From positions 25,854,001 through 25,918,000 of the forward strand of contig NC_043003.1 of the NCBI RefSeq assembly GCF_006345805.1: a DNA stretch of 64,000 nt, written 5' to 3'. How positions within the stretch are numbered: the stretch's first letter is position 1; each line of letters starts with the position of its first letter. Of this stretch, positions 40,067-51,779 are shown piece by piece. The stretch is from Octopus sinensis (lineage: Eukaryota). The notes beneath the pieces were generated by a model that was given only the letters and a program-made list of their open reading frames with translations, was not told the origin of the DNA and made no database searches. The position numbers were made by a program, and so were the translations under genes.

Positions 40067-40159
40067 TGTATATATATATATATATATATGTATAATGTAT
40101 ATATACACATATGTATACATATATATGTATATATACACACACACACATACACATATATA

Positions 40160-41171
40160 TTGGGTCATCCGATAAATAATGCAGTTTTTTTCAATTACAT
40201 GGAGGGAGACAAGTTAAACTACCTGCATCAACTTGCTATAACAGCAGGTAGTAATTTTACCTTGTATTTATTCTTAGTTCAAGTTTTGAAGAGTGCAGTT
40301 TGATTTTAACAATTATTTTTTTCTAAGCTATAATGGAAGTCACAAAGGAGCATATTCGGCATATTTTGCTTTATGAGTTCAACAAAGGCAACAACAATTC
40401 GGAAAGTGCAAGGAATATTAATGCAGTATATGGGGATCGGACAATAAGCATAACCCAGTGTCAACAGTGCTATCAGAAAATATAAACTCTCTGAGAGTGA
40501 ATGTGTGCTATTCTTTGCTGTCATGTCTCACGAATGAACCATTTTTGGATTGAATAGTGACTGGTGATGAGAAATGGGTTCTCTATAAGAATGTCAAGCG
40601 CTAAAGACAGTGGGTAGGGGAATGAGAAACACAGGTATCCCAGCAGACTAAAGGTCTTCACCCACGTAAGGTGTTGTTATCTGTTTTGTGGGATATGAAT
40701 GGTATAGTCCACTCTGAAGTTTTAAGTCCAAACTAAACAATAACAAAGGAGATCTACTGCAAGTAGCTTGAGCAGCTTAAGTCAACGCGAGAAGGAAAAC
40801 AACCATCTTTGGTCTCAAGATGAAAGGTGTTCTTCCATCAGAATAATGCTTGAGCACATACAGTGAGGATGACATTCCAAAGGCTGGAGCAGTTTGAATG
40901 GGAAATGATGCCCCACCCACCATATTCGCCAGATATTGCTCCATTTGATTATTGTTTATTCTGCAGTCTTCAAAATGATTTGGACAGAAAAAATATGAAT
41001 TCTGTAGATGAGGTCAAAACAGTACTGGAGGAGTACTTTTCGTCACAGACAAGTGAATTTTGGAAGAGGGTCCTTGCAAGTCTACCAGACAGATGGAAGA
41101 GAATTGCAGTAAATGAAGGAGAGTATATTTTAGATTTTAAAAAAAACTGCATTATTTATGGGATGACCCAA
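40160..41171 (+). mobile_element. mariner (DD34D) transposon with both TIRs, internally deleted and inactivated
   Basis: ~30-bp TIRs (ttgggtcatccgataaataatgcagtttttt / aaaaaaactgcattatttatgggatgacccaa) flanked by TA. Transposase reads MEVTKEHIRHILLYEF from 40333, then IVTGDEKW, HQNNA and HPPYSPDIAPFDY, with multiple stops. Confidence 0.95.
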
Positions 41172-41193
41172 TATATATATATTATATATATAT

Positions 41194-41261
<68 letters not shown>

Positions 41262-41534
41262 CACACACACACATATCTGTTTATTCTCTTATTTGTTTCA
41301 GTCATATGACAGTGGCCATGCTGGAGCACTGCCTTTAGTCGAACAAATCAACCCCAGGACTTTATCGGTCTCTTTTGCTGAATTGCTAAGACATAAATAT
41401 ACAAACATTGGTTGTCAATCAATGGTGAGGGGACAAACACAGACACACAAATATATATATATAAAAATACATATATATATATTATATATATATATAAAAA
41501 TACATATACATATATAAATACATATTTATTCACT

Positions 41535-42055
41535 AAAAGAATTAAGGGCATGACTGATCTCGATTATTGGGACCACCTTAAAGTATTGAAGCTCTATTCT
41601 CTCCAGTGCTGTCGTGAGTGTTGCATCATTTGTACGATGCAGAGAATATACCACCAGCATTCTCCAAACTACCTCAATATTGGCTTAAAAATTCATCCAA
41701 GGCTAGGACCACACCCCATACAGCCCCTACCCAATTCAGGATCACAACATATAAACACACTGCAACACAATTTCTTTTCCTCAACAGGCTCTGCCTTATT
41801 TAACATTGTCCTGAAACAGATCAAAGAGGAAAAGGATTCCATTAACTTTACAGAGAATCTGGGAAAATTTCTTCAAGGGATACTAGATAAGCCATCTATA
41901 CATGGATAAAACTCACTCAATAAGTCTCTACTCGAATGCACCACGATACAACAATACTTGACTAAAAGGGATTTAGCTAATCCTCTAAGGTGGTACTAAT
42001 AATTTAGACATGGCCTGGAGCAATATTTATTCAAAACAACTCTAAAGTTATCTAA
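41535..42055 (+). mobile_element. CR1/Jockey-group LINE 3' fragment
   Basis: LDYWDHLKVLKLYSLQ, GSALFNIV and GKFLQGILDKP motifs in ORF 41412-41909. Confidence 0.75.
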
Positions 42056-42074
42056 GTTATATATACAACCCATG

Positions 42075-42560
42075 CCTCAATTCCATATAGCAAAGATGGG
42101 AGGACGCATGTATTATATACCTTAACTTTAATTTCTGAAGATATATTATGTTGTTTCCATAGATGCCTATCAAGCCTACCAAAAGCTCTACTAAGCCCTG
42201 CTGATTCTGTATGAAATTTCATCCATCAAGACCAGCAGTGCTCAAGGTACTTCCTAAATAAATAAATCTAGGCTGTCTCCAACCTTTGACCATTCATATT
42301 TATAAAAGGTTCCACATACATGTTGGAGGGAGCTGGCTGGTACATAACAGTTTTTTTAGATTGACTCAATGCTGCAGAAATCGCATTCACCATTTGCTGC
42401 ATATCTTTCTGAGACTGAGCCAACAGGTCACAATCACCTGCATACAGAAACTCAACAAGGCGAGAATGCAGAACTTTCTTTCTGGTACAGTCTTTTGAGA
42501 TTGAACAGTTTTCCACCAATCTGGAGGAACCTCTTCATTTTACCAAACCCTCTGAATCAC
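42075..42560 (-). mobile_element. RTE-BovB-like RT remnant
   Basis: EFLYAGDCDLLAQSQKDMQQMV (degenerate YADD), KKTVMYQPAP..INMNGQRLE, then SRAFGRLDRHLWKQHNISSEIKVKVYN in another frame. Confidence 0.75.
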
Positions 42561-42589
42561 ATCTGTCAACATTGCACAAAGATGATCAC

Positions 42590-44215
42590 CACCATATTTA
42601 TAAATCTCTGCACCCTGTCTATCCATACCTGGGGCCAATTATTTGGAACCTCCTCTGATATGTGGCATTTGGTCAATGAGGGAGTTTGATACTGATGCCC
42701 TCATCTGTGTTTCCTGCCGGGAGGTAGGTTCATCTGGAACCTGTATCAGAATGAGACCCAATTTTGTTTTAAAGACACTTACATCCACACCATGCAGATC
42801 TCTCTGGCATTTTGGAAAGATATTAAAGAGCTGTGGGCCCTTGAAGCCCAAGCTGTTGCAGTATCTGGTCCTCTATTTTGATAGCAATGCTGGAATCTTT
42901 GGCACTATGCAGTGGCACCCCGTTCAGCAGTTTGAGTAACTTTCAATGCCAAAGTTTGGTACAAGGCCTTCTAGGATTTTCCAGATGTATATCACTGCAT
43001 ATCCCTCCCTCCTTTGTTCCAGGGAGATGAGTTTTAATTCTTTCAGTCTTTCCCAGTAGCTGACATGTTGCATTGAGACAATCTTCTTAGTGTAGCTTCA
43101 TTGGATTGCTTCAAGTTCCGCCGCGGATTTTTTATTGTGTGGTGACCAACGTTGGGAGCAATAGTCTAAGTGGCTGAGAACATATGTCCTCCAAAAGATC
43201 ATCAGTGTCCCCTTTTCTCTTGTTTTGAAAGTTCAGAGAATCTATCAAGCCAGCTACCTGCATTTTATTACCAAATTGGTAATAAGCACTTGGAAAGATG
43301 CATCATTGCTCATGTCAATACCCTGGTCACGCACTGATTTTGATTCAGGGATTTCAATTCCTCCTGGCCTAGTGTATCCTGTCTGCATGTCGTTTAGCTT
43401 TGTATGCTGGTAGCATAGGGCCTGGAATTTTTCTACATTAAACTGCATGTTTGTTGTCCTCAGCCTACCTGTATATTGTGTCCAACTCCTGTTGCAGATG
43501 TGCAATATTTCCAGGATTTTGTATTGTCTGAGACTTTTGTGTCATCTGCATAGCTAGCAAAGGTGGTTATCTGAGCAGTCGAAAGCATGTCCAAGAAGGC
43601 CACAATGAACAACAGTGGCCCCAAGACAGTGCCCTGTGGATCACCACTTGCTATTTGCGTTTCCTTGGAGGTAGCCACATTAGCCACTACTGCCTGATGT
43701 CTATCCTTTAGAAAGTTGTGCAGCCATTCTCCAAGTTTTCTGCATATGCTGAGATCGAGCAGTTTGTGACATATCATACCATGGTCAACTTTATAAAAGG
43801 CTTTTGCAAAGTCAAGATATATCACTTCCATGCTTGAGTCATTCAGCAGCTGTTTTAACACCCAATTGTAGTGTTGCAGGAGCTGTGTCAAACAGCTTCT
43901 ACCTGGACGAAATCCATGCTGGATGTCAGTCAGTAAGTCATTTTCTTCTAGGAACGTGATTAGTTTCTTGCAGACTATTTGTTCCATGACTTTACTAATG
44001 TCTGAGGTCTGAGAGATAGGCTTATAACTTTTAGCATCAGCTCTGCTTTCTCCCTTATGGATAGGGCATATTATCCCTTCCTTCAGTTTGTCTGGGAGCT
44101 TACGACTAGCAAGGAAGCTCTGGAAGAGAAGCTGCAGTGGTTTTGTAAGAGGACGCTTGCATTATTTGAGTAGGACCACTGGAAACTCACCAGGGCCGGC
44201 CGCTTACTTTGTGTT
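42590..44215 (-). mobile_element. CR1/Jockey-group LINE, RT and 3' end, frameshifted
   Basis: ORF 43460-43987 reads QHGFRPGRSCLTQLL, IYLDFAKAF, SGDPQGTVLGPLLF and YADDTK. Downstream frames read FNVEKFQAL, RDQGIDMS and GPQLFNIFPK...VPDEPT. Confidence 0.9.
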
Positions 44216-45213
44216 AACCTCATCTATAACCAGTGTTACCTCTTCTACTTTAATGTTCATGTACACAACTTTTTAAACCTCTTTGGTTATATATATGTGT
44301 GCGTGTGTGTGTATATATATATGTATATATATATCTGTATATGAATGTGTCTATATTTATGTATATACGTGTGTCTATATATATATGTATATATGTGTGT
44401 ATATATATATGTGAAACATACCAAGGCAAGGATAAGGAAAAATATTGCCCTGGTAGAGTTATCAGCTGAAAGTAAAATAAAAAGAAAAAAATAGTCTTTT
44501 TTAAGCCAAATTTTGTTTTAAAAAAACTGTTATAAGTAAAAAAAAAAATCAATTGGAACAAAAAGAAAAAAATTGTTAACAAAAAAATTCTTCAAGACAG
44601 TGCCCCAGCATAGCCATAGTCTAATGACTGAAAGAAGTGAAAAATAAAAGATAAAAGATAGGAAAATCATAGAATTAAAATTTTGTGTCCTGAATCTTTC
44701 ATTTTACACCTTTGGAGGAAAATAGACAAAAAACCCAGAGTTAAGAAGACAGTAACACACACACACACGACAGGTTTCTTTCAGTTTTCTATAGCACTTG
44801 CTCAAGGTGCCATGCAATAGGACTGAACCCAGGACATGTAGTTGAGAAGCAAACTTCTTACCATACAGCCAAACTTGCACCTATATGGCTCAATCATCAT
44901 CAGTGATGACAATGGCGACATATTTATACATATATATATATATATGTATACACACACACACACACATGTACCTAAATACACACACACAGAAATGCCTATA
45001 TACACCACATATATATATTATCTCAACAGTTTGATTCCATTCTGTACCACTTCAACTTCCATAGGCCTCTAACAGGAGTCTGACTCCTTCAGGCCTGAAG
45101 GAGTTGGGCTCCTGTTAGGGGCCCACAAAGTAGCACAAAACTGAATCAAACTGTTTTAAATACATGTAGCAACTACAAAATGTATTGAGTGTCCTCTTTT
45201 GTTTGTCCACTCA

Positions 45214-45254
<41 letters not shown>

Positions 45255-45259
<5 letters not shown>

Positions 45260-45463
45260 GCTGAAAGATTTATAGGGCCAAAAAATGCAAATGGATTTGA
45301 GGATGAGGTAGCGTAGACTAGAGGTGGTAGTCTTTGGTCTTATATGTATCTTATATTGGATACATATAAGACCAAGGATTGCCAGTTAACTTGCTTTTGG
45401 TTTGCATTACCTCATCTTAGAATCTATTTGCATTGTTTGGCATTTTAAATCTTTCAACATTAT
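45255..45463. repeat. Imperfect palindrome
   Basis: Terminal ataatgctgaaagattta / taaatctttcaacattat; central ttggtcttatatgtatc-ttatattg-gatacatataagaccaa. Confidence 0.8.
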
Positions 45464-45491
45464 ATTCCATAGACAATGCTTCAAGCAAGCT

Positions 45492-47465
45492 ATAAAAGGA
45501 ATTACTGCAGAGATGCTCAAAATATCTGGTAGTGTTGGCTATAGCCTAGTCACCCATATAGTAAACCAGGTGATACAAGAAGGAGTCATACCCAATGACT
45601 GGTGTAGCAGCATAATAGTCAACTGCTACAAAGGTAAAGGTGACGCCCTAGATACAAATAATTACAGAGGTATCAAGCTGTTGGATCAGGTAATGAAGGT
45701 TACGAAGAGGGTCATAGCACAACTAATTAGAGAGAGAGTTAGTTTAGATGAGATGCAGTTTGGATTCGTGCCAGGGAAAAGCACCACTGATGCCATATTC
45801 CTGGTAAGACAGCTGCAGGAGAAATATCTAGCCAAAGATAAGCCCCTATACCTGGCTTTTGTTGATATGGAGAAAGCCTTCGACAGGGTCCCCCGATCCC
45901 TTATCTGGTGGTCAATGAGGAAACTAGGGATAGATGAATGGTTAGTGAGAGCTGTACAAGCCATGTACAGAGACGCCGTTAGTAAGGTGAGGGTTGGCAA
46001 CGAGTGTGGAAGCAAGGATTAGAATCGAAGGGCCTTAGAGTCAACCTAGCTAAAACCAAAGTCCTAATAAGTAGGAAGGTAGACAAGTCACAAACGCCTT
46101 CAGGTAGATGGCCTTGCTCGATCTGTAGGAAAGGCGTAGGTAGAAACTCTATAAGATGCACCAAGTGTAAGTTATGGACACACAAGAGGTGCAGCAATGT
46201 CAAGGGAAGGCTAACTAGGAAGATAGTTTTTGTATGTGGCAGATGCTCAGGAGCAATAAACACTGAAAATGCGCAGAGAGCAACTTCCGCCACATTCCAG
46301 GGAGAAAAACTAGAAATAGTTGATAGCTTCCGTTACCTAGGTGACCAAGTCAGTAGTGGGGGCGGGTGTGTTGAAAGTGTAACTGCTAGAGTAAGAATAG
46401 TTTGGGCAAAGTTCAGAGAGCTCTTACCTCTGCTAGGGACAAAAGGCCTCTCGCTCAGAGTAAAAGTTAGACTGTATGATGCATGTGTACGAACAGCCAT
46501 GCTGCATGGCAGTGAAACATGGGCCGTGACTGCTGAGGATATGCGTAAGCTCGCAAGAAATGAAGCCAGTATGCTCCGATGGATGTGTAATGTCAGTGTT
46601 CATACTCGACAGAGTGTAAGTACCTTGAGAGAGAAGTTGGACCTAAGAAGCATCAGTTGCGGTGTGCAAGAGAGACGTTTGCGCTGGTATGGTCATGTGG
46701 CGAGAATGGATGAAGATAGTTGTGTGAAAAAGTGCCACACCCTAGCTGTTGAGGGAACCTGTGGAAGAGGCAGACCCAGGAACACCTGGGATGAGGTGGT
46801 GAAGCACGACCTTCGAACTATAGGTCTCACCGAGGAAATGACTAGAGACCGAGACCTTTGGAAGTATGCTGTGTGTGAGAAGACCCGGCAGGACAAGTGA
46901 GACCATCACCCATGGCCTCAGTCCACTTATGCATAACTTTCCTTCTTGGGACACAAAACCCTACTTGTGAAGACCTGTTGAGGCAAGTGAAAATCAAAAA
47001 ATCAAAAATCAAAATCGATCAACATGAATGGAAATTGTAGCTGTGATACCAGTGCTGGTGGCACATAAGAGAACCATCCGAACATGGCCGTTGCCAGCGC
47101 CGCCCCGACTGGCTTCCATGCTGGTGGCAGGTAAAAAGCACCATCCAATCGTGGCCATTGCCAGCCTCGCCTGGCCTCCGTGCCGGTGGCATGTAAAAGG
47201 CACCATCCGATTGTGACCGTTTGCCAGCCTCGCCTGGCTTCTGTGTCGGTGGCACGCAAAAAGCACCATCCGACTGTGGCCGTTTGCCAGTCTCGTCTGG
47301 CACATAAAAAGCACCCACTGGAGTGGTTGGCGTTAGGAAGGACATCCAGCCGTAGAAACATTGCCAGATCAGACTGGGTCTGGTGTAGCCTTCTGGCTTC
47401 TCAGACCCCAGTTGCACCGTCCAACCCATGCCAGCATGGAAAGCGGATGCTAAACGATGATGATG
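45492..47465 (+). mobile_element. RTE-clade LINE, 5'-truncated, with an internal deletion in the RT core
   Basis: RT motifs NYRGIKLL, QFGFVPGKSTTDAIF and FVDMEKAFDRV, then a jump at ~46003 to WKQGLESKGLRVNLAKTKV (no QGSVLSP/YADD). A C4HC3 finger and the C-terminus follow, with a stop at 46900, then 3'UTR and (ATG)n tail. Confidence 0.92.
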
Positions 47466-47511
47466 ATATATATATATGTATATATATGTGTGTGTGTATA
47501 TAGATAGATAG

Positions 47512-48570
47512 CTTTTGTGTGCGGCAGATGCACAAGGGCAATAGACACCACAGATACTCAGAAAACAGATTCCATCACACTCCAGGAGGAGAAACTAGAA
47601 GTAGTTGATAGTTTCCACTACCAAGGTGATCAAGCTAGTAGTGGAGGTGGGTGCTCAGAGAGTGTAACCACTAGAATACAAATAGCCTGGGCAAAGTCTA
47701 GAAAGCTTCTACCCCTACAGGTGACAAAGGGTCTCTCGTTCAGAGTGAAAGGTAGATTGTACGACGCATGTGTGCCAACTGCCATACATGGCTGTGACTG
47801 CAGAGGACATGTGTAGGCTTGAAAGAAATGATCTACTGGATGTGTAATGTCAGTGTGCACACACGACAGTGTAAGCGCCGAGAGAAATGCTGGACATAAG
47901 AAGCATTGGATGTGGCGTGCAAGAGAGACATTTGCACTGGTATGGTCATGTACAACGGATGGATGAGGATAGATGTGTGAAGAAGTGCCACTCCCAAACA
48001 GTTGAAGGAATCCAGGGTAGAGGTAGACCCAGGAAGATATGGTATGAGGTGGTCAAGCATGACCTTCAAACGTTGGGCCTCAGAGGCAATGACAAAAGAC
48101 CGAGATCTCTGGAGATATGCTGTGACTGCGAAGACCCAACAAATAACGTGAGTTCATGGCTGTTTCCTGCACCAGCTTCACATAGCAGCCCCAGCCCATA
48201 AGTACCTTGAATTGCAGAACGGCCTGCTGTGCTTACTTTGGATTGTAGGGCAACCTGCTGTGCTTGAGGAGACCTATTGAATTAAGTACATCAACAGCAA
48301 ATAAAAAATCAAATGGAAATTGTAGTTGGATACCTGTGCCGGTGGTACGTAAAAAGCACCAACCAATTGTGGTCATTGCCAGCCTCGTCTGGCACGTAAA
48401 AAGCACCCACTACACTCACGGAGTGGTTGGCATTAGAAAGGGCATCCAGCTGTAGAAACACTGCCAGATCAAACTGGAGCCTGGTGCAGCCTCCTGGCTT
48501 CCCAGACCCCGGTCGAACCATCCAACCCATGCTAGCATGGAAAACGGACGTTAAACGATGATGATGATGA
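47512..48570 (+). mobile_element. Older decayed RTE LINE 3' part, same family
   Basis: Frameshifted homologues of EKLEVVDSF, LYDACV, HWYGHVQRMDED and GRGRPRK, followed by the same 3'UTR and (ATG)n tail. Confidence 0.85.
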
Positions 48571-48730
48571 TATATGTATGCATATGCTTGTGTGTCTGTT
48601 GGTGTGTTTACATCCCCATAACTTAGTGAGTCAAAAAAGGGTCCGATAGAATAAGTACTAGTTTTACAAAGAATAAGTCCTGGGGTTGATTTGCCAGCAT
48701 GGCCGCAGTCAAGATGACAAACATAAAAGA

Positions 48731-48772
<42 letters not shown>

Positions 48773-48776
48773 TATA

Positions 48777-49164
48777 CAGGGTGTGGTGAATAAACTGTCG
48801 TCTAAATTACCCAAAAATTAAAATAACACAGATATCTCATTTTAACAGATATATTTACCAAAATTACCCAGAAACGGCGCCATCACTCCAAATACCATGA
48901 TGTTTGCTTTTTATCACTCTCGGCGCATGTCCTCTGGTTGATATCCAAACACTGAAATGTTCGTATTGGAGCTTCCGACGCCAATGCCAAGCAGTGCAGC
49001 ATGTCGTTTCTAAATTTCTGGCAGAGTGAATTATGTCATGGTGCTGGTTTTCTCGTAGACTGTGCCCAACTGACCCTACTATACTGTATAGGCGACAAAA
49101 TAAAAACAATGCGCATGCGCGAAATTAAAGCATAAAATGGCGACACTTTACCCATTGCACCCTA
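48777..49164 (-). mobile_element. Internally deleted maT element with both TIRs
   Basis: Imperfect ~26-bp TIRs (cagggtgtggtgaataaactgtcgtc / ggcgacactttacccattgcacccta) with TA on the left. Interior matches 57895-58190. Confidence 0.8.
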
Positions 49165-50853
49165 TCTATCAATAAGTGTATGTGTGTGTGTATATATGGT
49201 ACTATTTAAGAAGTGTGGTCCCGGTGCGCGCACGAAATTATACCTACATATATATATACGACGGGCTTCTTTCAGTTTCCGTCTACCAAATCAATTCATA
49301 AGGCTTTGGTCGCTCCGAAGCTATAATAGAAGACATTTGTCAAGGTGTCACGCAGTTGAACTGAACCCGGAACCATGTGATACACACACACACACATATT
49401 TATATGTATAAACATAGCCATGCACACGTGTAGAAGGAAGGTTACTTCCCGTCTTCATAGCTCTGGGTTCAGTCCCACTGCGTTGCACCTTGGGCAAGTG
49501 TCTTTTACAATAATCCCGGGTCGACCAAAGCCTTGTGAGTTGATTTGGTAGACTGAAACTAAAAGATGTCCATCGTATGCGTATGTGTCTCTATGTTTGT
49601 TCGGTTTTCAAAATTAACTGTATCTTCCATTACTATCCCATGACTTAGCAGTTCGGAAAAAAGACACCAATAGAATAAGTACCAGGTTTTGGGGGCCGAC
49701 TTATTTGATTAAACCCTTCAGAGCGGTGCTTCAGTATGGCCGAAGTCCAATGACTGAAACCAGCAAAAGACACACACACGTTGATGCGGTTGATGTTTGG
49801 TTGAACATCATATCTGCATGTCAATTTTGTATCGAAGAAACGTGGGCTGGGATGGAATAACCAGGCCTGGATTGGGTCAATAAAGATACTTAAAGAATAA
49901 TTATTGTAGTTGTCGTTCACCACCATATCAGCGAAGGATCCAGTAAACTTATGAACAAAAGCGTCCCAGCCATAACCACCCCGTCTTTTGTTTTTATCTT
50001 TTCAATTTTAATACACTATTAAAAAGTAGCTGTTTCTAAACTTTTTTTTGCAACCTATTTTGACAAATCAAGTAATCAACCGAAACTCGTCACAAAATAA
50101 GTTTTTAAAAAATTTTCGAATAAACATTTTGATACTTCTCAGTAAATTTTGATATGTATTCTTTATAAATACGTATTCTTCATAAATACGGAAGTGCAGT
50201 TTATTATTGCGTAGCAGTGTATAGAAAAAAATTTATCAAAAATATTTCGAAAGCAAACCATTTTGTTAATCGTCAGCCTTTAGGAATTATATCGCGACCT
50301 ACAAATTTGGTATGAAACCTTTCAATATACACTTCTTCAAAGAAAATTCTTTCTCGAAACATCAGATCTCAAAACTCTAATAACGGTACACGAACTTCTT
50401 AGTTTACATATTATAGGTTTTCAATATAAATAAACAGGCTGACAAACAAGTGAATTTTACAAAGGTCGACATATAGATGGAGTAAAGTCAGGTTCTGTCT
50501 GACTAACAGACACTGAGGCAGAGTCAAACAAGAAAGTGGGACAAGTTGTGACTAACGGTCCGGACAATTTCCTTCCTTGAACATTCGATAAGCAAAGTGA
50601 AAGAAAATCACACTGACAGTTTATGAGTAAATGAGTGTATGTTTTTTTACGGATTTAAACTATCAGTTATGTATCAGAGTAAGGAAGTGGCAAAAAGAAA
50701 AGAAAATCGGAAAAAAATCACTTAATGATAGAAAAAGAAACTTCCTCAAACAAAAGTTTAAACATTTAAAATAGACTGATTGGTTGACAAGCTGGTATTA
50801 ACATATATAAAGATATATTAAAGCTTTTTCTTTTTGAATGACTGAAGACTCAC

Positions 50854-51259
50854 CGATTTTTTCACGCTGACGGGTAGCTTGGGGTATGTTGATGGCATGG
50901 TACTCCATTGTAACAGTCGGGGAATGCCTTAGGCCAGGGACGTCCGACAGTAATGGACAATAACTGTCCTCTAAGCCTGCAGGTGATAATGGACAGGACA
51001 CGCTGCGATTTCTAAGGTTATTTGTTCTAAAACTGTCACGACTGAAACTGCCGGTTCGATCACTACCCAATTCATCGCGAGAACCGGCATAACCAGGCTT
51101 AGGATATTTACATTCGTTGTAATCAATACTTTCTAAAGTATCATCTGAAACGAAACTGAGCAGTAGTTGTCCGAGAAATATGAAAGGAGTGGACAATCCT
51201 TGCAACATTAGAATTATTGGTCTGAAGACAACATGGTAGAAAATAGTAAGAAATCCCAT
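50854..51259 (-). CDS. ANKLE2: ANKLE2/LEM-4-like protein, first coding exon (hydrophobic N-terminal anchor, Ser/Arg-rich linker, first strand of the viroplasmin-like domain)
   Basis: ATG at 51259 in good context (gtgATGG), with an in-frame upstream stop near 51410 and no earlier in-frame ATG. Reads MGFLTIFYHVVFRPIILMLQGLSTPFIFLGQLLLSFV...MEYHAINIPQATRQREKI and ends at a consensus donor G|GTGAGT (phase 1). YHAINIP resembles the YYGV/YFGVYIP motif of ANKLE2 orthologues (from memory). Confidence 0.8.
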
Positions 51260-51494
51260 CACTGTGTTCGGTAATAGAAGGGGGAAATAGGAAGTTTTTA
51301 GAGGGGGGTCTTCGTTCTTTCCTCGAAAAAAAAAAGGAAAATAAAAGAAAGGAAAGGTTCTCCTTTCGTTTGGTTGTTGTTTGGATTTGTGGGTTTGTTT
51401 TTGGAGAATTTAAATAGTCTTACTGAATTTCCCGCTCTGTTTTCCATACAACATTGCGAGCTGTCGTTGAAGAATTCAGCAGCATATAGAAAGA

Positions 51495-51575
51495 CGTGTA
51501 GTGATTGGTCAAATTAATTCATCTCACACCAATCACAGTCGTCCTGTCAAACAAGTCAGAGCATGAGACGTCAGC
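51495..51575. promoter_or_regulatory. Probable ANKLE2 proximal promoter: two opposed CCAAT boxes and a CRE-like site
   Basis: GATTGGTC at 51503-51510, CACCAATCAC at 51527-51536 and GACGTCA at 51567-51573, ~250-300 nt upstream of the ATG in CpG-retaining sequence. Confidence 0.5.
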
Positions 51576-51779
51576 AACTGGAGGCGTTTTCGAGAATAAC
51601 AAACCCCATGCAACACATTTAATTATCAGTCATCATTAAAATTATTCTTCTTTATTACCGCAATAATAATATCTGTTAGCATATCGAACACTTTTCAACA
51701 ACTCCGGGCTGTTCAACAATAGCTGTGTTCCATTATTGATCTATAAACCTCTTTTGTTCGTTACACAACTTGCTTACTT

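Larger units (their letters stand above)
3301..50853 (-). other. Giant GT-AG intron (~47.5 kb) of the ANKLE2-like gene
   Basis: GTGAGT donor at 50853 and AG acceptor at 3301 are phase compatible. The joined peptide keeps the spacing between the YHAINIP and LVF motifs. No other convincing constitutive exon was found in between. Confidence 0.7.

Noticed and set aside
51170-51230. FRPIILMLQGLSTPFIFLG resembles my recall of the second hydrophobic segment of neutral sphingomyelinase 2
   Set aside because: No downstream sphingomyelinase motifs, and the spliced continuation matches ANKLE2. Treated as convergent hydrophobic sequence.
51260-51262. GTG start given by the ORF track
   Set aside because: The adjacent ATG at 51259 is the plausible eukaryotic start.
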